This document shows, piece by piece, positions 25,069 through 32,519 of a stretch of 64,000 nucleotides of DNA. Made by a program: the position numbers and the translations under genes. The stretch is from a virus. Every line of letters begins with the position of its first letter. Positions within the stretch are counted from its first letter, which is position 1. The DNA lies in the IMG/VR virus record IMGVR_UViG_3300011008_000186. One strand, given 5' to 3'. Under the pieces are notes generated by a model. It had not been told where the DNA came from and ran no database searches. It worked only from the letters and a program-made list of their open reading frames with translations.

Positions 25069-26055
25069 TTATTTCGATTCTTCCAAAATGTTTATTCCGA
25101 TTTTTTCTTTGACTTTTAGCGCAATTTCATTGATCGATTTACGTCCAAGATTCCTAATATTTTGGAGTTGTTCAAGATGAGATTTTCCCGGACGCGAATC
25201 CAAATAGCACAATAGATCGTCAATTGTATGTATCCCTTTCCGGATAAGACAGTTGCGGGATCTTACTGACAGTTCAAGTTCATCGATGGACTCTAAATAT
25301 AAATTTATTTCGTTGACGTCCACATCTTTCGAATTAATTAATTGAGTTTTTCTTTTAATATATTCTTCATACTCTTTTTCAAAAAGCTCAATCTCTTTCT
25401 TTCGCTGACATCCATTATAGCCATATAATATCAATGCGCTACGAGAACTATGACGCATTTTTCGAACAGCTTTGGCAATTATCTGCCGTATTCGCTCTCT
25501 AGTAACATGAAACTTTTTTGCAATTTCATCATACGTCTCATTATTCTGATAGTAGCAAATAATACAATCCCTTTCTCTCTGTGAAAGCATCTGCAGCGCA
25601 TTTGCTAAACCTTGTTCCTGATCGTTAGTAAGCATAGAGTTGCCATTCAAATAATCGCTTCCGTTAAAAATAACATCGAGCAGGTTATAAGGATAAGGAG
25701 CAATAAAACCATCCGGTATTTCAATAGTTTTATTCTTATTCCTTGGAACTTTCTGAGAATAAAGATACTGTTCATATGAATTTCTACGGGCTAAATTGTA
25801 AAAATTAGCAAGTAACATCTTTATATCATGTTCTTCTAATTCGGTCAGGTTCGTTCTTCCTAAAATATAATCTGTCGGAACCATAAAGAAATCGGCCATC
25901 GCCATCAAAGTATTAACAGTCGGAGCTGCGTACATGCCGATGTAATTTTTTAACTGAGTTTCCTTGATTCCTATTTTTCTAGCGAGATCTCTTTGCGAAA
26001 TCTGAGCCAAATCCATTAGTTCTTTTAATTTACTTGAATCCCATTTTTTATTCAT
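25069..26055 (-). CDS. chimeric transcription factor: XRE-HTH + sigma-70 region 4 + RNAP alpha C-terminal-domain-like module
   Basis: 328 aa. Three modules: the N-terminus ISQRDLARKIGIKETQLKNYI (XRE HTH); the middle LSQRERDCIICYYQNNETYDEIAKKFHVTRERIRQIIAKAVRKMR (sigma region 4.2 pattern); and the C-terminus ELELSVRSRNCLIRKGIHTIDDL...NIRNLGRKSINEI, which is nearly the E. coli alpha-CTD pattern [22 protein letters not shown]...NLGKKSLTEI. Confidence 0.7.
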   Translation of the reverse strand: MNKKWDSSKLKELMDLAQISQRDLARKIGIKETQLKNYIGMYAAPTVNTLMAMADFFMVPTDYILGRTNLTELEEHDIKMLLANFYNLARRNSYEQYLYSQKVPRNKNKTIEIPDGFIAPYPYNLLDVIFNGSDYLNGNSMLTNDQEQGLANALQMLSQRERDCIICYYQNNETYDEIAKKFHVTRERIRQIIAKAVRKMRHSSRSALILYGYNGCQRKKEIELFEKEYEEYIKRKTQLINSKDVDVNEINLYLESIDELELSVRSRNCLIRKGIHTIDDLLCYLDSRPGKSHLEQLQNIRNLGRKSINEIALKVKEKIGINILEESK

Positions 26056-26057
26056 AT

Positions 26058-26420
26058 CTAATTCTCCTTATTTTGTTTTTTTTTTTGGCACCAAATCGGT
26101 TGATTATCATTTTCATCAATATCATCGTTCTCTGAAAATTTATGAAGCGTATTCAATCCAAAGCATTCGTTCGTGAATAGATCCATACACCCTAAACATC
26201 CGGAAGGAATGATACTTTTCAATGGTTTTTCGTTATCTCTGATAAGAAAGCCACAATTCTGCATGTCATTAATATACTCTTCGAATACGGTGCCCTGAAA
26301 TAAAGAAGAGAGAGGGATAAATTGATCCCCCTCGTCGTTCATGATTAATCCAAAATTCCGTTTAATTATTGCAAATTGATTACGAAATTCACTTTTATCT
26401 AGTTCTGCTGCTAAAATCAT
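26058..26420 (-). CDS. hypothetical protein
   Basis: 120-aa ORF. Confidence 0.55.
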   Translation of the reverse strand: MILAAELDKSEFRNQFAIIKRNFGLIMNDEGDQFIPLSSLFQGTVFEEYINDMQNCGFLIRDNEKPLKSIIPSGCLGCMDLFTNECFGLNTLHKFSENDDIDENDNQPIWCQKKKQNKEN

Positions 26421-26440
26421 ATTCTAGTCCTCCATTTTTA

Positions 26441-26854
26441 CTATTCATTTTCCCGAAGTACTTTTTCAAAGGCCAGATCAAGACCAACTGCTACAGCCAT
26501 TAATAATTCTTTGGATCCCTGCGGATCTGTGGCTATACTATCTATGAATTCCAATATTTCTTTTTCAGAATTGCTTTTTGAAAGAGCTTCTTTGGTTCCA
26601 ACATCAATTTTCAAACTTTCAAAAATCATTAACATCGTTTCCTTAGCTTTACTCGGATTAATATCTATCAAATCCACAAGCATATTTATCGATTTGTAAA
26701 ACTGCGGAAAACCATCGAAAATCCGGTTCCCATCGGTACTTTTAACTATTCGAGAGACCGATGGATAAACTGAATTTGTAAACTCCATAAGATCATTTGT
26801 GCGAAGATTTCCAGAAGTGAATACCTCGTTAAGTCTTTCCTGTGTTGTTAACAT
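26441..26854 (-). CDS. hypothetical protein
   Basis: 137-aa ORF with GGAGGAG upstream. Confidence 0.6.
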   Translation of the reverse strand: MLTTQERLNEVFTSGNLRTNDLMEFTNSVYPSVSRIVKSTDGNRIFDGFPQFYKSINMLVDLIDINPSKAKETMLMIFESLKIDVGTKEALSKSNSEKEILEFIDSIATDPQGSKELLMAVAVGLDLAFEKVLRENE

Positions 26855-26898
26855 GTTTCTACTCCTCCTAGTTTGAAATATAATTTAAGAAAAATAAA

Positions 26899-26925
26899 AG
26901 AGCAGTTTAAAGTCTTGCTCAGGAC
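26899..26925 (-). terminator. conserved 27-nt hairpin element (copy)
   Basis: Minus strand: GTCCTGAGCAAGACTTTAAACTGCTCT followed by TTTATTTTT. Confidence 0.5.
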
Positions 26926-26945
26926 TTTTTACAATGTAAGGTTTC

Positions 26946-27092
26946 TTAAAATAGAGCTAAGACACCTACTGTTATTATAATTGTAAATATAGTACCTCCC
27001 ATTATTACCCCAGCTATAGTGCCGCTAGTGAATAATATTACAGCAATAGTTACAAATAATACAAATGCTACAATAAATGCTAAAAATCTCAT
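26946..27092 (-). CDS. 48-aa hydrophobic peptide
   Basis: Below the ORF-track cutoff. GAGGAGG before the ATG. Sequence MRFLAFIVAFVLFVTIAVILFTSGTIAGVIMGGTIFTIIITVGVLALF. Confidence 0.45.
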   Translation of the reverse strand: MRFLAFIVAFVLFVTIAVILFTSGTIAGVIMGGTIFTIIITVGVLALF

Positions 27093-27105
27093 TTCATTCA
27101 CCTCC

Positions 27106-27134
27106 TCGTATTAGGGAGTCAAAATTTCGCGAAA
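27106..27134 (-). promoter_or_regulatory. TTCGCGAA-box promoter-like motif (copy 3)
   Basis: Minus strand: TTTCGCGAAATTTTGACTCCCTAATACGA. Confidence 0.5.
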
Positions 27135-27164
27135 AGAAAAAGAGCCTCTTAGAATCGAGACTCT
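27132..27164 (-). terminator. intrinsic terminator
   Basis: Minus strand: AGAGTCTC GATTCTAA GAGGCTCT followed by TTTTCTTTT. Confidence 0.65.
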
Positions 27165-27188
27165 TCGTCTTAAAATATAATCTTCGAG

Positions 27189-27569
27189 TTACTTCTTTAA
27201 TGGTAAGCTGAAAAGATTTCTTTTCATGGTTTTTCCATATTCAGTTGTATCGATCATACCTGCCGCATTAATCGAATCAGCATGCTTAATCGCAAATGCC
27301 TGTGCACCAACACCGATACCAGTTGTTGCCAATGTTGTCGCTATACTAACTTTAGAAATAACATTTTTGGCTTTCTCAACCTCTAATGCATCTCTTTTGT
27401 CTCTGATTTCCGACAATTCTTTAGCATTACTAATAAAGGTATTAGCGTCATCGGGATCACTGCTATTAGCAGCCTTCTCCAATTGCGCAACCATAAGATC
27501 GTCAATCTGGTTACGAATTTCCTGTTCATGTTTCTTTTTTTCTTTCCTTTCTTTAAACCATCTAAACAT
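27189..27569 (-). CDS. hypothetical protein with C-terminal hydrophobic segment
   Basis: Start moved to the ATG at 27569 (MFRWFKERKE), preceded by AAAGGAGG. The upstream 10 codons lie inside the promoter-like motif. Confidence 0.55.
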   Translation of the reverse strand: MFRWFKERKEKKKHEQEIRNQIDDLMVAQLEKAANSSDPDDANTFISNAKELSEIRDKRDALEVEKAKNVISKVSIATTLATTGIGVGAQAFAIKHADSINAAGMIDTTEYGKTMKRNLFSLPLKK

Positions 27570-27593
27570 ATCGTTACCTCCTTTGATTTTATA

Positions 27594-27623
27594 TTTCATA
27601 ATAGTGCTATAATTTTTCGCGAA
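27594..27623 (-). promoter_or_regulatory. TTCGCGAA-box promoter-like motif (copy 4)
   Basis: Minus strand: TTCGCGAAAAATTATAGCACTATTATGAAA. Confidence 0.5.
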
Positions 27624-27659
27624 TACAGAATATAATAAATTGTTGTCACCTGCGTCGGA

Positions 27660-27869
27660 TTATTCGATCAGACTTTGTTCGGCTTTATCTAAACCATCTA
27701 ACCATAACATAAATTTTCTACAGCATGATGGGCATAAGTCAAGTTCGGACTCGTCGTACTTTGCCAGCTCATCATCGCAGAACCGAGCAACACTCGCGTC
27801 AATAGTGACGACGACCCGATGATAGTCGTCTACTATTCTGCGACATTTGTCACAAAAATGTTTTACCAT
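27660..27869 (-). CDS. zinc-ribbon protein
   Basis: 69 aa starting MVKHFCDKC, with CPSCC. AAGGAGG lies before the ATG at 27869. The longer 169-aa track ORF is a read-through artefact. Confidence 0.55.
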   Translation of the reverse strand: MVKHFCDKCRRIVDDYHRVVVTIDASVARFCDDELAKYDESELDLCPSCCRKFMLWLDGLDKAEQSLIE

Positions 27870-27963
27870 ATTTAATCCTCCTTGTTTGAAAATAGTAATA
27901 CAAAAGCGATAAAACCCAAGTTGCCTCCTAAAAGAAATGCAATTGGTAAATACCACCACGGTA

Positions 27964-28230
27964 TCATAATTCTTCTCCTTTCTCTTCGTAGTATTCATCG
28001 TCTTCAAATACTTTTCTAAAATTAACAGCATGGCGAACGTCAGTAGTTCGTTTACAATCCGGAAAGCATTTACCATCTTCGCATCTCTGCCGATCGCAAA
28101 TATAAGTAACTTTAGGACAAATAGGCATATTTTTAATAACTGTAATAACCCAGGTGGGTACATCGGCATTAATTTTTTCAGATATACTAAGTCTTTTTAA
28201 AAGATCATTTTTATCGATATATTCGTTCAT
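27964..28230 (-). CDS. Cys-rich hypothetical protein
   Basis: 88-aa ORF. Confidence 0.55.
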   Translation of the reverse strand: MNEYIDKNDLLKRLSISEKINADVPTWVITVIKNMPICPKVTYICDRQRCEDGKCFPDCKRTTDVRHAVNFRKVFEDDEYYEEKGEEL

Positions 28231-28257
28231 AATGGTAGTTAACCTTTCATTATTTAT

Positions 28258-28605
28258 TTATCCTCTATCGTTTATCATGGTAGTTCCTATAGCATATGTT
28301 CTTCCGCAATAAGGACACATAAATATATGCTTATTGGCGTTCAGTTCTATTGTTCCTCCACAAGAATTGCATTTGTGTTCCAGAACAGGAACTTCTGATA
28401 AAGATTGCATGAATTCTTCGAATAATGCTTTCTTAACATTATCTGACAAATTAATTTCAAATTCTCCTTGCGAAACGCGTATCTTATTAATGAACCGATG
28501 ATCACTCGAAGTTGCTGGCTCATAAATTTTGGAGTTTCTTCTCCCTCCTGGTGTGGTAATTAACGTATTCGACATATCACTTACATTAATTGTAGCTTGG
28601 TCCAT
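28258..28605 (-). CDS. zinc-ribbon protein
   Basis: 115 aa with CNSCGG ... CPYCG. GGAG ATTATATTT ATG start context. Confidence 0.6.
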   Translation of the reverse strand: MDQATINVSDMSNTLITTPGGRRNSKIYEPATSSDHRFINKIRVSQGEFEINLSDNVKKALFEEFMQSLSEVPVLEHKCNSCGGTIELNANKHIFMCPYCGRTYAIGTTMINDRG

Positions 28606-28637
28606 AAATATAATCTCCTTTCATTATTAAAATGAAA

Positions 28638-28709
28638 CAACGGCAGCAGGAATCGAACCTACATATACTGGGTCAAAGCCAGTCACACTCACCATTGTGC
28701 TATGCCGCT
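28638..28709 (-). tRNA. tRNA-Gln (anticodon UUG)
   Basis: Hand-folded cloverleaf. Acceptor AGCGGCA/TGCCGTT; D stem GCAC/GTGT; anticodon stem ACTGG/CCAGT with loop CTTTGAC; T arm GTAGG-TTCGATT-CCTGC; no encoded CCA. Confidence 0.8.
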
Positions 28710-28713
28710 AAAA

Positions 28714-28740
28714 AGAGCAGTTTAAAGTCTTGCTCAGGAC
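28714..28740 (-). terminator. conserved 27-nt hairpin element (copy)
   Basis: Identical core. Its T-run ends 4 nt before the 5' end of tRNA-Gln. Confidence 0.5.
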
Positions 28741-28749
28741 TACTTCGTA

Positions 28750-29265
28750 TTACTCTATTTTTATTCCGGTTATTTCTTCAAAAATATCCGCATCAAAATT
28801 GGGTAATGCCTTGATTTTTTCTTCATCGCCGTCAATAAGTGTTTTATCATTTATGCGGCAGCATAATTTGCAAAAATTATAATCAAGCGCATTCAGCCAT
28901 TCACTTCTTGTCATGTCATATTCCCGGTTAAATGCTCTCAGCTTCGGTTCGTTCGTATTGAATATTCCACTGTTGTAGTTTCCACTGTTGTAGTTTCCGC
29001 TGTTCCAGTTTCCACTGTTGCAGTTTCCGCTGTTGTGTCTTCCACTGTTCCAGTTTCCGCTGTTCCAGTCTCCACTGTTCCAGTGTCCACTGTTGCGCAT
29101 TCCGCTGTTGTAGTATCCACTATTGTGCATTCCGCTGTTGCAGTTTCCGCTGTTGCAGTTTCCGCTGTTGCCGTTTCCGCTGTTGCAGTTTCCACTGTTG
29201 CGCATTCCGCTGTTGTAGTATCCACTATTGTAGTTTCCACCAAAACTTTGTCCCTTCCTGTTCAA
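28750..29265 (-). CDS. pentapeptide-repeat protein (C-terminal part of a split gene)
   Basis: About 20 consecutive x-N-S-G-x pentapeptides (NSGYY NSGMR NSGNC NSGNG ...), followed by a 70-aa tail. No ATG; the track start is TTG. Confidence 0.6.
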   Translation of the reverse strand: MNRKGQSFGGNYNSGYYNSGMRNSGNCNSGNGNSGNCNSGNCNSGMHNSGYYNSGMRNSGHWNSGDWNSGNWNSGRHNSGNCNSGNWNSGNYNSGNYNSGIFNTNEPKLRAFNREYDMTRSEWLNALDYNFCKLCCRINDKTLIDGDEEKIKALPNFDADIFEEITGIKIE

Positions 29266-29470
29266 TATTCCCTAATGCTTCTATTACGGCAATCTTAGTC
29301 TCGCCGTCCATTGGATAATAGCCGAATACGTCTATTGGGTTTGCGCAAAAGTGGAATCCGCATTTGCACATCTTTAACTTTTCTCCCTCGGCAAGTTCAT
29401 ATGTCTTTCCGATTTCATACTGGAAATCTCTACACGTCCAATCTTTGTTAAATGCCTTATACCCTTTCAT
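29225..29470 (-). CDS. N-terminal part of the same split gene (KAFNKDWTCRDFQYEIGKTYE domain)
   Basis: 81 aa with a good SD. As I recall, this domain is normally fused to pentapeptide repeats. The frames are joined by skipping one T of the T4 run at 29242..29245. Confidence 0.6.
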   Translation of the reverse strand: MKGYKAFNKDWTCRDFQYEIGKTYELAEGEKLKMCKCGFHFCANPIDVFGYYPMDGETKIAVIEALGNIEQEGTKFWWKLQ

Positions 29471-29492
29471 TTTTAATTCCTCCTAATTTTTA

Positions 29493-30332
29493 TTAATTCC
29501 AGCAATAAATGCCTCTTTCTGTGTAAATATAATCGTTCGGAATTGTGCAGCCATTACAATATTTACAATACGTAGGATCCTGATAACACATAAGTAAATA
29601 ATCATATGCGTAATCAGCAATTCCAAGACTATCCATCCAGGTTCCATATTGGGTGTCTATTTCGCCAAAAGCAGAATATAAATTTCCATACCCCCAATAG
29701 TCTTCCGTTGCACGAACCCAACAGCAACATGCGACATAATAGCTGAGCATGCTCTCTCCGTAACCTTCATAGGTTATAAGCTTAAGTGTTCTTTCAGTGT
29801 CTAAGTGACTAATACCATACCGATCAAGCCCAAGTTCAAATACATCATCAGATGAATCGAACACAATTGGCTGATCAGGAATCTCGGCATAAGCTAAAGA
29901 TTCTTGTATATTATTATTACTCGCGATTTTAGGGGTAATATGCGAACATAATTCGTCTATTGCTTGCTGCACTTCATCGAATCGATCACCGAGAGCTATT
30001 TTTCTTTCCTCGCCATTGCCAAAAGATCCTTGAAGCACTGCATCAATGAGTTCGTCAATAGTCATGGAAGAAATATAATCTTCCGTTTCGATTTTTACAT
30101 TAACTTCTACATCGGTTTCTTCCACAAAAGTTTCTTCCGAGTCAGATGACGATTCTGGAAATTCTTCGGCAACGGCGACTCTCGGTATCGAGGTCTCCAA
30201 AATAGTTTCGGTTGTTTCTTGAGTCGTTTCCTCGATTAGTTCATTTGAGTTATTATGCTCACTTATAAATACCAATGTTGCAGCTGAGATAATAACTACA
30301 ATAATACATATTACTGCGTACTTTGCTTTCAT
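29493..30332 (-). CDS. membrane-anchored/secreted protein with CW_7 (Cpl-7-like) cell-wall-binding motif and a Cys/aromatic-rich C-terminal domain
   Basis: 279 aa. N-terminal TM segment. AVLQGSFGNGEERKIALGDRFDEVQQAI fits the CW_7 repeat. The C-terminal YEGYGESMLSYYVACCCWVRA is possibly SleB-like hydrolase (weak). Confidence 0.5.
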   Translation of the reverse strand: MKAKYAVICIIVVIISAATLVFISEHNNSNELIEETTQETTETILETSIPRVAVAEEFPESSSDSEETFVEETDVEVNVKIETEDYISSMTIDELIDAVLQGSFGNGEERKIALGDRFDEVQQAIDELCSHITPKIASNNNIQESLAYAEIPDQPIVFDSSDDVFELGLDRYGISHLDTERTLKLITYEGYGESMLSYYVACCCWVRATEDYWGYGNLYSAFGEIDTQYGTWMDSLGIADYAYDYLLMCYQDPTYCKYCNGCTIPNDYIYTERGIYCWN

Positions 30333-30360
30333 GTTTCATACTCCTTTAAATAAAAATAAA

Positions 30361-30387
30361 AGAGCAGTTTAAAGTCTTGCTCAGGAC
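30361..30387 (-). terminator. conserved 27-nt hairpin element (copy)
   Basis: Identical core, 25 nt upstream of the ATG at 30332. Confidence 0.5.
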
Positions 30388-30446
30388 TTATACAAAGGAG
30401 TACGATTATGGACATACTCCTTCTGATCTAATTAAAAAGAAGAGCC

Positions 30447-30536
30447 TTAGTAGGCCCTTCCCTTATGCATAAACTCGATTATTGCTTTTATAATACCCCG
30501 TACTGTTTCTATTGCTAGTTCAATTCTAATCGTCAT
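30447..30536 (-). CDS. 29-aa peptide cassette
   Basis: MTIRIELAIETVRGIIKAIIEFMHKGRAY. AAAGGAGA lies 7 nt before the ATG. Promoter-like motif upstream, hairpin plus T-run downstream. Confidence 0.35.
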   Translation of the reverse strand: MTIRIELAIETVRGIIKAIIEFMHKGRAY

Positions 30537-30573
30537 GGCGTATTCTCCTTTCTGTAAAAAACATAATCTTGTT

Positions 30574-30606
30574 TCTGCATAATAGGACAACTAAAAATCG
30601 CGAAAA
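30574..30606 (-). promoter_or_regulatory. TTCGCGAA-box promoter-like motif (copy 5, TTTCGCGATT variant)
   Basis: Minus strand: TTTCGCGATTTTTAGTTGTCCTATTATGCAGAA. Confidence 0.45.
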
Positions 30607-30641
30607 AAAAAGAGAGCCCACGCCCTCTTAACTATTTGCAA

Positions 30642-30947
30642 TTAATATTCAATGACGCTTATAGTACCGTCATCGTTAATAACTGTCTGATAGTTAGAGT
30701 TCATAGACTCCTCTTTTTTGCTAACAATTTCTTTTGCTTCTTTCAAGACTTTAAGTCCATTCGTTACTCGTTTTGCGTGCCAAGGCAATAAAACTACCTC
30801 AGCGATCGTTGCTGCTGTTAGAACTGCTGCAGTCTTCTTAACTGCTTTTTCATCTGCAAGCATGTCAAACGTTTCTGCAAGATCTTCTGAGGCCTGTTTA
30901 AAATCATCCTCGGTTACTCCAAAACCTAAATATCTTTTAATGTTCAT
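30642..30947 (-). CDS. hypothetical protein
   Basis: 101-aa ORF with AAAGGAGA upstream. Confidence 0.6.
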   Translation of the reverse strand: MNIKRYLGFGVTEDDFKQASEDLAETFDMLADEKAVKKTAAVLTAATIAEVVLLPWHAKRVTNGLKVLKEAKEIVSKKEESMNSNYQTVINDDGTISVIEY

Positions 30948-30986
30948 AATGTTCTCCTTTCATATATAAGCAAACACTAATAGTTA

Positions 30987-31018
30987 TCTTCATATAAGGA
31001 GACCAAAATTTCGCGAAA
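30987..31018 (-). promoter_or_regulatory. TTCGCGAA-box promoter-like motif (copy 6)
   Basis: Minus strand: TTTCGCGAAATTTTGGTCTCCTTATATGAAGA. Confidence 0.55.
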
Positions 31019-31029
31019 AAAAAAAAAAG

Positions 31030-31056
31030 AGAGCAGTTTAAAGTCTTGCTCAGGAC
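31030..31056 (-). terminator. conserved 27-nt hairpin element (copy)
   Basis: Identical core followed by T14, then the promoter-like motif. Confidence 0.5.
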
Positions 31057-31071
31057 TTTGAATATTATTAA

Positions 31072-31386
31072 TTAACTGATATACTCCGATCTTATTTTCT
31101 GAAGCACAATACTTAGTACTCTGTTCTCTGCCATTGTGTTTAGTTTTCTTGTGACAAATGGTGCCAAAGCAAATTGCAGAGCGTAACCAACATTAAACAT
31201 CGCTTCCTCTTCATCTAAGTTTGATATAAGTTCATCAAAATCAAATGTCTCGTCATCGATCATTTGTTGTATTGCATTCTCTGCAGCTTTTGCTGCAACA
31301 TCATTATCCAATAAAACTTTTATAGCATTAAACGGAGTTCCTGGTAAAAATGTTCTGATAATAAATTTTTTAATGCCCTTATTCAT
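31072..31386 (-). CDS. hypothetical protein
   Basis: 104-aa ORF with GGAGG upstream. Confidence 0.6.
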   Translation of the reverse strand: MNKGIKKFIIRTFLPGTPFNAIKVLLDNDVAAKAAENAIQQMIDDETFDFDELISNLDEEEAMFNVGYALQFALAPFVTRKLNTMAENRVLSIVLQKIRSEYIS

Positions 31387-31415
31387 ATCAATTACCTCCT
31401 AAAATATAATATTAT

Positions 31416-31444
31416 TCTTCATATAAGGAGACTAAAATTTCGCG
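31416..31444 (-). promoter_or_regulatory. TTCGCGAA-box promoter-like motif (copy 7)
   Basis: Minus strand: CGCGAAATTTTAGTCTCCTTATATGAAGA. It overlaps the 3' end of the ATPase ORF. Confidence 0.5.
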
Positions 31445-32082
31445 TTCCGATATCTTCTATCTTTTGTTTTCTTGGTCTTTAAAATATAATCTCGATACTC
31501 TTCGTAATTAGCAAAAGTAATATATTTGCCAACTGCTACATCAAGACATTTTTCACCGCGAGCAAGTTCGTATTCATTTGCTGCCGCAACAATATAAATT
31601 GCAACATTTTTATTAGTATCAATAATGGCATCGAACAATTCTTTGAGCTCGATAATGCCATCAATCGAAAAACCAGAATCTACAGAATCCATTAATATCC
31701 ATATTTCCTCAATACCAATGCGAGCACGAATATTTGTACCTATCTTTTTAGCAAATAAATGTAAATTCTGTTTTATACGTTCGCCTTCTGACGACATTAC
31801 TTGATCGGCGAGAAGATCGTAACGTTGAAGTTGCAAGAATTGCTGCCAATTATTTCCGCTGCCATCATGTAAATTATCATATGCTATATATAAAACATTA
31901 TGCTTCTTACATTGTTCCTCTATATTATTTAATAAAGTAGTTTTGCCAATTCCGTTGCACCCGACAAGAACAGTCAGACCGAGCTCAAATTGTATCTCTC
32001 GTTTATAGGTTGTCGAGAATCCAATATCATAAGGATCCCTCCAAGTTTTTATCAGCCCATTTAATTTTCCAAACGAGTTCAT
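31432..32082 (-). CDS. minimal ABC/SMC-type ATPase
   Basis: 216 aa from the ATG at 32082 (AAAGGAGA upstream). Walker A GCNGIGKTT, signature-like SSEGE, Walker B plus D-loop IWILMDSVDSGFS. Confidence 0.6.
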   Translation of the reverse strand: MNSFGKLNGLIKTWRDPYDIGFSTTYKREIQFELGLTVLVGCNGIGKTTLLNNIEEQCKKHNVLYIAYDNLHDGSGNNWQQFLQLQRYDLLADQVMSSEGERIKQNLHLFAKKIGTNIRARIGIEEIWILMDSVDSGFSIDGIIELKELFDAIIDTNKNVAIYIVAAANEYELARGEKCLDVAVGKYITFANYEEYRDYILKTKKTKDRRYRNAKF

Positions 32083-32160
32083 TATGCGATCTCCTTTCTG
32101 CAAAAAAAAAATAAGAAAAGAAAAAGAGGACATCATTTCTAATGTCCTCAACATTTCTAT

Positions 32161-32436
32161 TTAGTCTACTGAGTGAAACTCGATGTTCGTGAAATGCGGA
32201 TCTGATGACATGTTAAATTCGAATTCAATTCCTGCTGCATCAAACGTCATTGATAATTTATCATCTTTTACCAACATACAATAACTACCACCATCGGGCG
32301 TCATCATTGCTACGCCGTAATTTTTCTCATTATCAATAATGTTAATTACAACATTATTGTATTCGCCGTTACTGTCAATAAATCCAGCTTCAACTAAAGA
32401 TGTTCCTCTTTGTACTGAAATAAAATGTTTCTGCAT
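32161..32436 (-). CDS. hypothetical protein
   Basis: 91 aa from the ATG at 32436 (AAAGGAGG upstream). The longer track ORF reads through the repeat elements. Confidence 0.55.
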   Translation of the reverse strand: MQKHFISVQRGTSLVEAGFIDSNGEYNNVVINIIDNEKNYGVAMMTPDGGSYCMLVKDDKLSMTFDAAGIEFEFNMSSDPHFTNIEFHSVD

Positions 32437-32477
32437 TGTTAAGTTCCTCCTTTTCGTTTTTACAAAATTGTTATATA

Positions 32478-32512
32478 TCTTTTCATATAAGGAGACCAAA
32501 ATTTCGTGAGAA
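32478..32512 (-). promoter_or_regulatory. TTCGCGAA-box promoter-like motif (copy 8, TCACGAA variant)
   Basis: Minus strand: TTCTCACGAAATTTTGGTCTCCTTATATGAAAAGA. Confidence 0.5.
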
Positions 32513-32519
32513 AAACAAA

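Noticed and set aside
27660-28169. 169-aa ORF spanning two small genes. N-terminal extensions of 31432..32154, 32161..32571, 32565..32900 and 33227..33433 fall in the same category.
   Set aside because: The extensions read through conserved promoter or hairpin repeats or lack an SD. Internal ATGs with strong AAAGGAG-type SDs give compact genes that respect the cassette boundaries.
28938-29298. ORFs 28938..29243 (VETT/AETA repeats) and 29035..29298 (plus strand, VSAV repeats).
   Set aside because: They are alternative-frame and antisense readings of the 15-nt periodic pentapeptide-repeat DNA. Only the NSGxx frame connects to a non-repetitive C-terminal domain and to the upstream N-domain.
30388-30446. 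28-codon ORF (MSIIVLLCISPEQDFKLLF...) reading through the 27-nt hairpin element.
   Set aside because: The ATG is only 1 nt from the SD-like GGAG, and the peptide is largely the translation of the conserved repeat (EQDFKLLF also appears in a spurious extension elsewhere).
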